DNA of 52,781 bases, filler included, from Stramenopiles sp. TOSAG23-6 (Eukaryota), in the NCBI GenBank assembly GCA_900128565.1. It is 2 parts of 2 records of this genome, joined end to end, with 100 filler letters (N's around TTAATTAATTAA, not from the genome) between each part and the next. Parts side by side here need not be neighbours in the genome. Positions count along the whole stretch, not along the records: positions 1 to 26,496 come from LT635986.1; positions 26,597 to 52,781 come from LT635987.1. One strand, 5' to 3'. The position numbers and the translations under genes are program-made. Shown here piece after piece: positions 22,221-32,800 of this stretch. Within the stretch, counting starts at the first letter, position 1; each line of letters starts with the position of its first letter. The notes beneath the pieces were generated by a model, which was not told the origin of the DNA, ran no database searches, and was given only the letters and a program-made list of their open reading frames with translations.

Positions 22221-23924
22221 CTATAAAATATAATCACTTGGGGCAAGTCCGTCATTTGAAGCCTGATTAACATTAGCACCAGCAGCAAGAAGGTCTGTAA
22301 TTACTTGAACATGATAGAACTCTGAAGCAATCCTTAATGGGGATTGTCCCAATAAATTAGCCTTATTGACATCAGCACCAGCAGCGATTAGTTGTAGAAC
22401 TACTTTAACATTACTATTTCTTGAAGCAATCAACAATGGGGTTTCTCCGTCTCGCAAAGTCTGATCGACTTCAGCACCAGAAGCAATAAGTCTTTCAACT
22501 ACTTTATCATGACCATACTTTGAAGCAATAGATAATGGGGTATCTCCGTGTTCATTAGCCTGATTTACATTTGCACCTTTATCAATAAGTTTTTTAACTT
22601 TTGTATCGTTACCATCCCTTGAAGCTTTACACAAATCTTTGCTTAGATTTTGTTTAACTTCAAGTAGTTTGATTATGTTTCTATATGGTGGTTTATCCTC
22701 TCTATTTTTATCTTTTTTTGCATCCTTTGCAATCGACATTGGGGTATTTCCGTGTTTATCAGGCTGGTAAACATCAGCCTCAGCATCGAGAAGTAGTCGA
22801 ACTACTTTTTCATGACCATTCCGTGAAGCAGCATACAATGAGGTCTGTCCGGAATCAGTAGTACGCATATCTTTATCAGCATGAGCCTCAAGAAGTAGTT
22901 TAACTACTCCTTCATGACCACATACTGAAGCAAGATATAGCGGGGTTAATCCGAGGCCCCAACTACATTGATTGACATCAGCACCTGCATCAATAAGTTG
23001 TGCAACTACTTTTTCATGACCATAAAGTGAAGCAAAAAACAATGGGGGTTTTAATGTTCTATTAGCCTTATTGACATCAGCACCAGCAGCGATTAGTCTT
23101 GCAACTACTTCAACATGACCATTCTGTGAAGCAGTAATCAATGGTGTAGCTCCGTATTCGCTAGCCAGATTGACATTAGCACCAGCAGCTATAAGTCTTT
23201 GAACCATTTCTTCATTACCAATCTCTGAAGCAAAAAACAATGGGGTTTTCTCATCAACATCAGCGCCAATTGCCAGTAAAACGTCAACCATCGTTACATT
23301 ATTATCTATCACAGCTTTCAAAAGTGGATGGTCGCCCTCTTCAAATGGCTGACTTAGTTTCAACTTGTTTTGTGTGACATAATCAGTAAAGTTTTTTTTC
23401 TTTTCCTCCACTGACATGCTATTCCATGTCTCAGCTCTTTTTTTCTTTTCCAAATGCCTTTTAAATCCAGCAGCAAGTGCTTCCTCACCAGGCATGTCAC
23501 GAGGTATATAGCGAGCATTTATTCTGCTTCTTAAAGCTGGCAGCAGCGGATCTGAATCATTTGGGAGAAATTCCAAGACATGTAACCAGGGATTCACACC
23601 TGAAGCATTTTGAAAAATCTTTTCCAGAGCTTGCATCGAAAAAGGAAAGTTCCATGACTGAAAGATTTTAGGAGAAACGTCTGACGTTGATTCATCAATA
23701 CGATGTTTTGTGGAAAACTCGAATAAGGCGCGTGCAAATGCCAAGCGCTGACGAGCCCTTGAAAGAAGGACATCCCTGTTTTCATCCTCAAACTTTTCTG
23801 CAATCTTTCTCCATTTTGATTTAACATGTTCTTCTGACAAAGCGAGTTCTTTTCGACTGGGGGTTATTGCAGCGTTGGATACGTGTAACGCAATCAGGCT
23901 TGATAATTTTAACCACTTCATCAT
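22221..23924 (-). CDS. Ankyrin-repeat protein with possible signal peptide
   Basis: About 10 repeats of TPLxxASxxGHxxVVxxLIxAGADVN. N-terminus MMKWLKLSSLIALHVSNA. Confidence 0.9.
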   Translation of the reverse strand: MMKWLKLSSLIALHVSNAAITPSRKELALSEEHVKSKWRKIAEKFEDENRDVLLSRARQRLAFARALFEFSTKHRIDESTSDVSPKIFQSWNFPFSMQALEKIFQNASGVNPWLHVLEFLPNDSDPLLPALRSRINARYIPRDMPGEEALAAGFKRHLEKKKRAETWNSMSVEEKKKNFTDYVTQNKLKLSQPFEEGDHPLLKAVIDNNVTMVDVLLAIGADVDEKTPLFFASEIGNEEMVQRLIAAGANVNLASEYGATPLITASQNGHVEVVARLIAAGADVNKANRTLKPPLFFASLYGHEKVVAQLIDAGADVNQCSWGLGLTPLYLASVCGHEGVVKLLLEAHADKDMRTTDSGQTSLYAASRNGHEKVVRLLLDAEADVYQPDKHGNTPMSIAKDAKKDKNREDKPPYRNIIKLLEVKQNLSKDLCKASRDGNDTKVKKLIDKGANVNQANEHGDTPLSIASKYGHDKVVERLIASGAEVDQTLRDGETPLLIASRNSNVKVVLQLIAAGADVNKANLLGQSPLRIASEFYHVQVITDLLAAGANVNQASNDGLAPSDYIL

Positions 23925-24184
23925 TCTTGAAATCTTTCGGAGTTCTTTTCTTTGAAGTTTATTTTTAAAATACCCTAATCTCAAAACTGAAAAATCGCAC
24001 TGAACACAAAACTATTAAGTGACCCGGGTATCAGGTTCGAATTCATCATGATCGATTTTTTTGACTAAAAAATTCCAAAATATTCCCAGAAATTCAGTCA
24101 CGTCAAAAAATGCGTCAACAAAATCAAAATTGACTGCATACATAATTATTAATTTTTCAATACGCAAGCGCTCATCATTTGCAA

Positions 24185-26278
24185 ATGGCAGTTTTACGGA
24201 AGAAAAAGAATAGATTGAAAGTTAAATCAGGTGTACGAGCTGCACATGTATTACAGTTGGACCTATTGCAAGGTTGTTTTGACAAACTATTGGAGAAATG
24301 GGATTCTGTAGGCCCTGAAACGTCGACCGTGTCCAATGAGCTTGTTCAGTCTACTCGCGAAGCTGCGGCAAAAGTATTTCTTCAAGGTGCATGTAAGGTG
24401 TTTCTGCAATTAGCTATTGATGAAGAAAGCGATAATGATATATTAGGTACATCAAATGTCAGTAATTCTAATATATCTTTGGAAGAGGGTAAGGATATTA
24501 AATATAGTTTGAAACAGCTAGGCTTACTTCATGTTGCTATTGAGTTGACAGTTTTGTGGGGGTTTTATGCTTCGCCTACAAGTAAGCTATTATCTCCAAC
24601 GTCCCGACCCGTCCTTAAATCGACTCGTATGTTTCCTAAGACACTACAGCAATGTATGCGCTATCGTCGTGAGGCATTTGAGAATGAAAGAACAACATTA
24701 GTTCGTTGCTGTGCTGTACTTCGACTACTTCGCTCACCGCGTTTAATGATGTTGTTACCTCGCTTCGCAACTGACGTTACTGGTGTATTACTCCAATTAG
24801 CTTCTCCTTCTATTCCAAACTCTCGTGAAAGTAGTACTTTGTCATTATCAAAAGAGGATAAAAGTCAAGCGAGTATTTTATTGAAGGGACTACTTTCTTC
24901 AGTGACCATGCCCCAGAGGCTTCAAATTGAAACTCTATTTGAGTTACTACATGGCAGACCAAATAGTTCATCACTGTTCAAGCGCCGTGTAGGCACTCTC
25001 TTATCACATAATTTAATGAAACCCGGTACTGTTGCACTTGTCATTGACCATTTACTAGGTCACGTTGGGATTGGTACAAATCCGGCAGCTCAACTAAAAG
25101 TAGCTCGGTTAGTGAATACCCCACCTCTACAAGCTTTATCAGCGACACAATATTTTACACATATTTGCCCTCAGATTATATCAATGGTTGAGAATACTTC
25201 TCTAATATCAACAGTAAGTGCTACTAGGGACGGAGCTTCCCCTATATTTGCCGATACTTTGGCTGCTGCAAAAGCTGCAAGGACAGCTGCAGAGGTAAGA
25301 GCGAGTAAAGATTCGCCTTATAAAAGTAGTATAAAACAGGAAAAATGGCTTAAACGCCAAAATGATAGAGTACACGCCGCAAAGAATCAAATAAACGAAC
25401 AAAAAGAATTGCGGAATACAATGCTACAACATATTGGTATTCTTATTATCAATGATTTAGTTGAAAGAAGACCAAAAGATGCTATTAATTTCCTATTAGT
25501 ACCTCTTTTAGCCCCCTTGCGTTCATTTGGAGGACGAAGTCCGACGAAACATTTTTTTGTTGGACATTCTAAGTTGCTATCTGCGGTTAATAATGTTTTG
25601 AAACTCATGGTAGACTACACGCCCTCCCCATCTTTACTGAACATTTTGAAAGGTAGTGGAGTGTTTGAATCATTATTTCATTTATACTGTCTTTGTTGTA
25701 AGGTGGAAAATGAAAAACAAGTAGGTGAAGCAAAAAATGGTATTTCTGTTGTGTCTGAAATTCCAAAGACGTCTTTGGTATTGAAAAAACATTTTTTAGA
25801 AAATGTTCAAATTATGAAACATCGAACGGCTTTAGCACTTAGTGCATTTTTGCAAAAAAATACTTATACTTTAGATACTATTATGAAACTAAGTCTTGCA
25901 CCACTTTCAGGGCTACAATATTGTTCAAATTTTACTACTTTTGTACAAAATGATACAACGAATGGTGAAAATGTAAAAAATATAGAAAATATAGAAAATT
26001 TAGGAATTTCTTTATGTTTGTGTAGAGACGGTGATGAAGAGAAATATGCTTTGAATGATTCGAATGATTTACACAAAGCTCGATGTATTATTCAATTGTT
26101 ACATGCTGAAGATCAACGTGTTTTTTCCGTACCAAATTCCGTACCTAATAATATTGTAGATGCAGATAGTCATTTAAGTTTACTGTTTTTAGATACTTTA
26201 CGGGAATTTATTAATTTTCGTGTATTGACTTGGTCCGAGTGGAGTGAAGATGAAAGTTTTATGATGCAAAATAAAAGC

Positions 26279-26310
<32 letters not shown>

Positions 26311-26445
26311 TAGTTTGAGTGACAAGGAGGATGATTGTTGTAATAAGGATACTTTTACCCTATGGAACAATGCAAATCGGATTCATATAAAATCTTCTGA
26401 TAATGGTGTTCGTGTTCAAGGCACAGTTGGTGCTATAAATAATAT
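24185..26445 (+). CDS. TANGO6/Rtp1-like ARM-type protein, 5' part (truncated at contig end)
   Basis: VARLVNTPP....YFTHICPQII resembles the TANGO6/Rtp1 conserved block. The ORF runs into an element copy and then the gap. Confidence 0.55.
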
Positions 26446-26496
26446 GTATGTTTTATTTTTTTTTAATTTCGAATTTATTTTTTCGTACGAAATTTT
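26446..26496 (+). mobile_element. 5' half of non-canonical intron, cut by contig end
   Basis: AT|GTATGTTTTATTTT...TTTCGTACGAAATTTT followed by Ns. Confidence 0.8.
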
Positions 26497-26596
26497 NNNN
26501 NNNNNNNNNNNNNNNNNNNNNNNNNNNNNNNNNNNNNNNNTTAATTAATTAANNNNNNNNNNNNNNNNNNNNNNNNNNNNNNNNNNNNNNNNNNNN
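26497..26596. other. Artificial contig spacer
   Basis: 44 N + TTAATTAATTAA (stops in all six frames) + 44 N, 100 nt in total. Confidence 0.95.
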
Positions 26597-26650
26597 TTGT
26601 ACCTAACGATTTTTTTTAGATTTTTTTTGAAATATTTTTCCAAAATACAT
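26597..26650 (+). mobile_element. 3' half of non-canonical intron, cut by contig start
   Basis: TTGTACCTAAC...CAAAATACAT|ATT CAA. Confidence 0.8.
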
Positions 26651-29600
26651 ATTCAATCAATAGATGCTGGCCANGAGTCTGTTGTTGCAATTTTAAAAGA
26701 TGAAATTGAAATATTAAATAAAGATTCTTTACAATTGCGAAAAGACGTCACAAATTTAAAAGAGAAATCTTCAAAAAGTTCATCGAATTTAAGCGAAGCT
26801 ATACAACAACATAAAGAAGAAATTGTAAAAATTAAAATTGAAAATGAAAACAAAATGAAAAAACAAAAAAATGAATGTGAAGACAAAGTCCACAATTTAG
26901 AAACTCAAGTATCAGAATGGAAAAAAACACATGAAATTATAGTACAAAAATTTGATTCTAGAGAACAAACTCTTCTTGAAAATCAGAAATCGATTACAGT
27001 CCATGTTTGTTTTATTTTTTTTTTCAATTTTTAAAAAAAAAAAATTTGGTTTTTCGTACGACATTTTGTACCTAACAAAAAAATCGAATTTTTAATTTTT
27101 TTTCACAAAACATCATCAAAAACAAATTTCGGATTTGACTATACGACTAAAAAACGAAAACAATTTAGCAATAGAACGGTTACAATCGAATCATCTGGAA
27201 GAAATGGCAAAGCTGCAAAAAGAAAGATATTCTTTAAAAGTTGAATTGTCAACCTACATTCAAAAGTTGAATGATGCAAAAGTTGAAACAAAGGCTCTGC
27301 AGAGTAATAGTGTAGATGATGAAAATCGGTTGAATACGCAAGTATTGCAGTTAGAAGATTTACTCGAGGATACTATAAAAAAACACGAAATCGTATTGAA
27401 AGAGAAATCAGCATCGCATTCGGATGCTATAGCTAAATTATGTGAGAAATATACTCTAGAATTAGAAAAGTTACGTCAAACATCAAAGTCAAATTATCAA
27501 ACCGAACTCGATACAATTCATGAAAATCATTTGAATACATCGAAACAATTAGAAATGAAGGTGTATGTTTTATATGAATTTCTAATTTAAGTTTTTTTCA
27601 TACGAAATTTCGTACCTAACGATTTTTTTTTGAAATATTTTTTCACAATACGTCATTGAATGGAAAACAAAGTACGAAAATGACGTTCAAAAAAATGAAA
27701 TAAAATTTGAGGAAGAAAAGAAACATCATACATTAGAAATTTCACATATTTTGAAAGAGCATAAACATACAATAACATGCTTACAACAAAAATATTCTGT
27801 GGATGTTGAACGCTTAGCTCAGCATTATAGCAACCGCACAGACCAAGTTCAGAAAATAGCTGGAAGTTATAGAAAGGAAGTCAAACGCCTTGAGAATGAA
27901 GTAGATGAATGGAAAATGAATCATAATCGTCTGATTGAGGAGCATGTAAGTTCTCGTTTTTTTTTCAATTTTTTTTTTTCAATTTTTTTTTATAAAAATG
28001 TTGTACCTAACAAAAAAAAATGAAATATTTTTACAGTACATGAATCTGATGAAAAAGAGAGGATTGCGACATTTCAAGATACACTTCAGCGACTCGCCGA
28101 TCNTCACAAAGATGAACTTTCAAGATACGTTGAACAATTTGAAAATGAGAAAGCTATTTCATTGAATAGATTACAAGATTCACATAATGATGAGGTGACA
28201 CGTGTCCGATTACAAATTACAAATTCACAGAATTCACTTTCAGATGTAACGGCAACTCTTGAAGAAAAGCACAAAACCGTCCTGCTAGAAAAAGAACAAA
28301 ATTACCGCNATAAAGAAGCAAAGTTGATTCTTGAGCATAATCATGAGAAAGAGAAAGTTTTATCTGACTTGAGAAAACAACATTCNATAGAGATAGACCG
28401 CTTAAACACGCAAATTCGTCGTTGGAAAAGTTCTTATGACGATGCTCTCGTAAGGAACGATCTTATTCTTGTGGAGGGAGAAAAAATAAGGAAAGATGAA
28501 ATGTCTGGTATTACACAAAAATTTGAAGAGGATTGTAAAGAATTGAAATTGAAATTCGAAATAGAAAAAAAAAGCGCCATTGAACAACACGAAATAAAAA
28601 ATAAATCAGATCTATCTCGAATGGAAAGAATGGCTACAATGTGGAAAGACTCTCATTATAAAGCAACTCAACAACATGAAATTTCATTGAAAGAGCTCAA
28701 AAGAGATCACGATGAATTGGTCAAAGAAAACCATCAGCTTCAATTGGAAGCACTACAATTTCGTAATCAATACATTGATCAAAGCTCCAACTATGAACGA
28801 ACTTGTAAAATGAGTGATATAAGAAAGATTAAAGAAGAGTTGTACGAATATAAAAAAACTTCTGTATCTCTTGAGAAATACAAGAACGATATGAAACAAA
28901 AAGATGATACATGTATGTTTTATTTTTTTTTTCAATTTTGATTTTTTTTCGTACGGAATTTTGTACCTAACGAATTTTTTTAGAATTTTTTGAAATATTT
29001 TTCCATGATACATATTCAAAAGAAATTATACAAATGCAAAAAGACAATAAAAAAATAATTTTGGAGATGGAAAGAAACAAAAAAACACTTGAAAATTCGN
29101 TAGCTACGAAAATTNGTACCGATTCATCAGTTCATTCTCAAATTGATGAAAAAATGAAAATTAAAGCAATTATTTCAGGACAAACNTTTTTGAGTACAGA
29201 CGATTCAAAAACAACTGATGAGCTTCAGTGTAATGTATGTTTTATTTTTTTATTTCGATTTTTTTTCATACNAAATTTCATACCTAACGTTTTTTTTTTT
29301 TNAAATATTTTTTCATAATCCATATAAACAAAGTTAAGAATTTTCAAATCGTTGTGAATGAATGGAAATGTAAATATGATGATGTTTTGAACAGAAACAA
29401 AAGTTTGATTTGTAAACATGAAAATGTATGTTTTTTTTTTTGTATGAATTTTTTTTTTATAAAAATTTTGTACCTAACAAAATTATTTTTTTTTGAAATA
29501 TTTTTTCACAATACATGTAATTTCAATGTTGCAGGAGTCGCATAAAAATACATTACAAATGGTGACAGATAGCTTGATGAAAGAGTTTACCATTGAAAAA

Positions 29601-32582
29601 ACGACNGTGGAAAAAATGTGTAAAGATTCTCATGAAAATTTGGTACTCGTTTTGGTACAAAATTGTAAGAAAAAATACGAAGAGGAAATCAAAGAATTTC
29701 AGTGTACAATTCAAATAATGAAAGAAAATTATGAAAAGTGTAAAAAAGAACTTGAGATTCTAGATGAGAAGCACCAAATGTATTGTAAACAAACATTGGA
29801 AAGTCAAACTAANGAGTATTCAAAATTAGAAACTGACTCTATTGCAAAGATTAATTCTTTGCGACAAGAAAAGTTTTTATTGGAAGAAAACCTTAAAAAT
29901 ATAAAAGAAACACACCGAGATGAGATAGCTACCATTCAGTTGAAGAGTGCATCATCTGACGATTCATTGAAAATAGCTTTACANACTCAAAATGAAAAAA
30001 TCAATGAACTTATTGCACAAAGTTTGAAACATGAAAAATCGGAAAGTTTTCATACAAGTACCATACAAAAGTACGAGGCTCAATTAAAATCCATGCAAGA
30101 AACAATAAAGAAAAAATCTGAGCTGCGGCGTACGACNGATCGTCATAATAAAAATCAGATTTTATTATTGGAGGAAAATATTTCAGAATGCTTACAAGAA
30201 CAAAAACTTGTAAAAAAAAGGTATGAAGAAAATCTTGCCAAACTTGAAGAGAAACTTAATGATAAAGAAACCATTTTGAAAAATGTAAATGCACAACACC
30301 TCAATACTGTTGATGATTTACATCGCAAAATAGCTGAAATCTCAAAGGAATATAAAGCTTCCCTTGAAACATATCAAACAAAAAATGATGAACTCAGTGA
30401 AACTATAACTACTTGTAAGAAAGCTAATTCCCAATTAGAAAGAAAAATGATGGAAAGACTCAATAATTTAAAAAAAAAACAAGATGTTGAAATGACGAAA
30501 AGATTGAATTACATAAAAAAATCACAAGATATTGAAATATCAGAGATAATTGCCAAACATAAGTCAAATATTGCGTCACTGAAAAAATCCCAGAATTTGG
30601 TTAAAACACAAGAACTGAGGGAACAGTTTGAAATTTATGAAAAAGAATTAAACAATGTTAGAAATGATCTCTGTGTTGCAAATGACAGAATTCAACGTGT
30701 ATGTACGTTTTATTTTTTTTCAATTTCGAATTTATGTTTCGTACGAAATTTTTTACCTAACAAATTTTAGTTTTTTTTTTGAAATATTTTTCCAAAATAC
30801 ATTGAACGAGTCAAAGATATTCGAAAATGAAAAAAATGAAAAAACGAAAGAAAATACAAAGATCAAAGATGATTTGGATAAGCTTCATATAAGAGAACAA
30901 AAGTATCAATCTCAACTAAATCTCACATTGAAAGAATTGGAAAAAGTACAGATGTGTATGTTTTATTCTTTTTTTCAAATTCGAATTTTTTTTATAGTAA
31001 ATTTTGTACCTAACAAATTATTTTAGATTTTTTTTTTGAAATATTTTTCTAAAATACATCATTAGCCAGAGAAAAAGAAAAGAATTTTTTCCTCATGACA
31101 CCTCCACCAAGAAAAAAACCTGAGACATCTCAATTGAATAATCCTTGTCATGTGGATACATATCCAATGTCATCTCTAGATAATCATTTGTTATATACTG
31201 ATGAGAAGTATGGCGATTGTCAAATTTCATCACCTGAAGAGCTACCAGTAACTGCATTGGATGAAAAGGAACATACAAATATATCCGAAGCTTCAAGTAA
31301 TACATTGATGAAAACGAATAAAATTTCATTACTTTTGAAAAACTATTTTTCAGCTTGGAAAGATGCAGTTCAAATGTCGGTAATCGAATCTCTGTTAGTA
31401 GACTGTCGAAAATGCGCAAAAGAAGAATTGAATACAACACTAATAAAAGCNGAGAAAGATATGCAGTTTCGTGTTTCTGAGATAGAAGATGCTCATGTAG
31501 TGGCGTTTGAAAAATTAAAAGAATATACACAAGTTGAAATGCAGAAAAAAATGAAAGATGTGCATAAAAAACACGAAATTCAGCTACAAACTGAAAGAGA
31601 AGAAGCAATCTCAAACATGCACAAACAATTACTCGATATAGAAACGCAGCATAATATAGATCTACAAAATGTACAAAAAGAGGCGTACGCNGATATGCAC
31701 AAAAAGTTAAATGAAAGAGAAACGCAGCATAATATAGATCTACAAAATGTAAAAATTGAAAGAGAAGAAGCAATNTCAAATATGCACAAAAAGTTAAATG
31801 AAAGAGAAAAAGAGTTCAAGATACAAATGAAAAATGCACAACTTAAACGAGACTCGAAAGTAATATTTCCTGTAAAAAAAACGGGATGTAAGATGGCTTT
31901 CTTCCTTATGCGAATTATGATTGTCAAAAAATCTGCTGATGCAAGAGGGAAAGCCTGGGCCTTCCAACGTCTGATTGCAGAAACTATAGGACATCGTCGT
32001 GAGGTGACATTAAATAAATGGGAGCATGATCGTGTAGTTGCAATGCAATTTCATGCAGAATATACAACTAAACTGAAAGAAGCAGAAAGAAAGCTTGCGT
32101 TGGCATTAAATACAAACGACAATGTCGACGAAGAAAGTCTTGGTATATTAGATAGGTCTGCAGGATCTGTTGCTGTAGATAACATTCAGTTACGTCAGCG
32201 ATTGCATACGGAAGCAGAAAATGCTGAGAAAAGAGAAGAAGAATTTTTGACAAAGTTGGCAGTCTTACAAGCTGAACTACAATGCAGTCGATCNCTTACT
32301 AATCAAAATGCTTCAAATATTGAAGATTCAAATTGTCAGCCAAAATTGTGTAATTCACCAATGACAGTCTTACGCAATATAAATAACAAATACAATATAA
32401 CGGAAGAAATTGTTTCGTGCTCTGATTNAAAGACGTCTCTACGAGAATTTGGGCGAATTTTATTTGACGAAAAACTCCGTAAAACGCAACAAGACGAAGA
32501 AAATATTTTGGATGATGAAGAAAATATTTTGGATGATGATGATTGGATGGAGGGCGAAATCACATTAGCTGAGATACAATAA
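26651..32582 (+). CDS. Large coiled-coil protein (5'-truncated); exons 26651-27004, 27114-27562, 27654-27945, 28042-28912, 29014-29234, 29324-29425, 29517-30702, 30803-30955, 31060-32582
   Basis: E/K/Q-rich heptad ORF pieces form one continuous frame after removing 8 element copies. Confidence 0.8.
27005..27113 (+). mobile_element. Non-canonical intron (109 nt, GTTTG...CAAAACAT)
   Basis: GTC CAT|GTTTG...|CAT CAA in frame. Confidence 0.85.
27563..27653 (+). mobile_element. Non-canonical intron (91 nt, GT...CGT, GT/GT direct repeat)
   Basis: AAG GT|GTATG...CACAATACGT|C ATT GAA TGG in frame. Confidence 0.85.
27946..28041 (+). mobile_element. Non-canonical intron (96 nt, GTAAGT...CAT)
   Basis: GAG CAT|GTAAGT...TTACAGTACAT|GAA TCT. 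The CAG 5 nt upstream is out of frame. Confidence 0.85.
28913..29013 (+). mobile_element. Non-canonical intron (101 nt, GT...CAT)
   Basis: ACA T|GTATG...CATGATACAT|AT TCA in frame. Confidence 0.85.
29235..29323 (+). mobile_element. Non-canonical intron (89 nt, GT...CCAT)
   Basis: TGT AAT|GTATG...CATAATCCAT|ATA AAC in frame. Confidence 0.85.
29426..29516 (+). mobile_element. Non-canonical intron (91 nt, GT...CAT)
   Basis: GAA AAT|GTATG...CACAATACAT|GTA ATT in frame. Confidence 0.85.
30703..30802 (+). mobile_element. Non-canonical intron (100 nt, GT...CAT)
   Basis: GTA T|GTACG...CAAAATACAT|TG AAC in frame. Confidence 0.85.
30956..31059 (+). mobile_element. Non-canonical intron (104 nt, mismatched flanks GT/AT)
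   Basis: ATG T|GTATG...AAAATACAT|CA TTA in frame. Confidence 0.83.
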
Positions 32583-32800
32583 AAAAATATCGCGGAGAAA
32601 TTTGATTGGATGAAAGTATTTATAATATGAATAAAGACAAATAGTATATATATTATCTCAAAGATAAAACAATTGTGTTATTGTCTTTCTTANATATTGT
32701 TTTCACTGATAAGATATAAAAAGGAACANTGTTTTCTACTTGTACGATATAATAAAATTGATGGCCTAAGTTTAAGAAATTTTATGGAAATAATCGTTTT

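Noticed and set aside
26280..26313. (AGT)n tract; also (TTTTGCTC)n near 39873-39910
   Set aside because: Ordinary microsatellites (poly-Ser and intergenic).
26446..26650. The two half-elements across the gap as one intron joining the TANGO6-like and coiled-coil ORFs
   Set aside because: Phases differ (2 versus 0), the join gives TAG within 5 codons, and the spacer is an artificial linker.
31093..31927. Long antisense ORFs over coiled-coil and other genes
   Set aside because: Shadow frames of codon-biased real genes with no independent domain signal.
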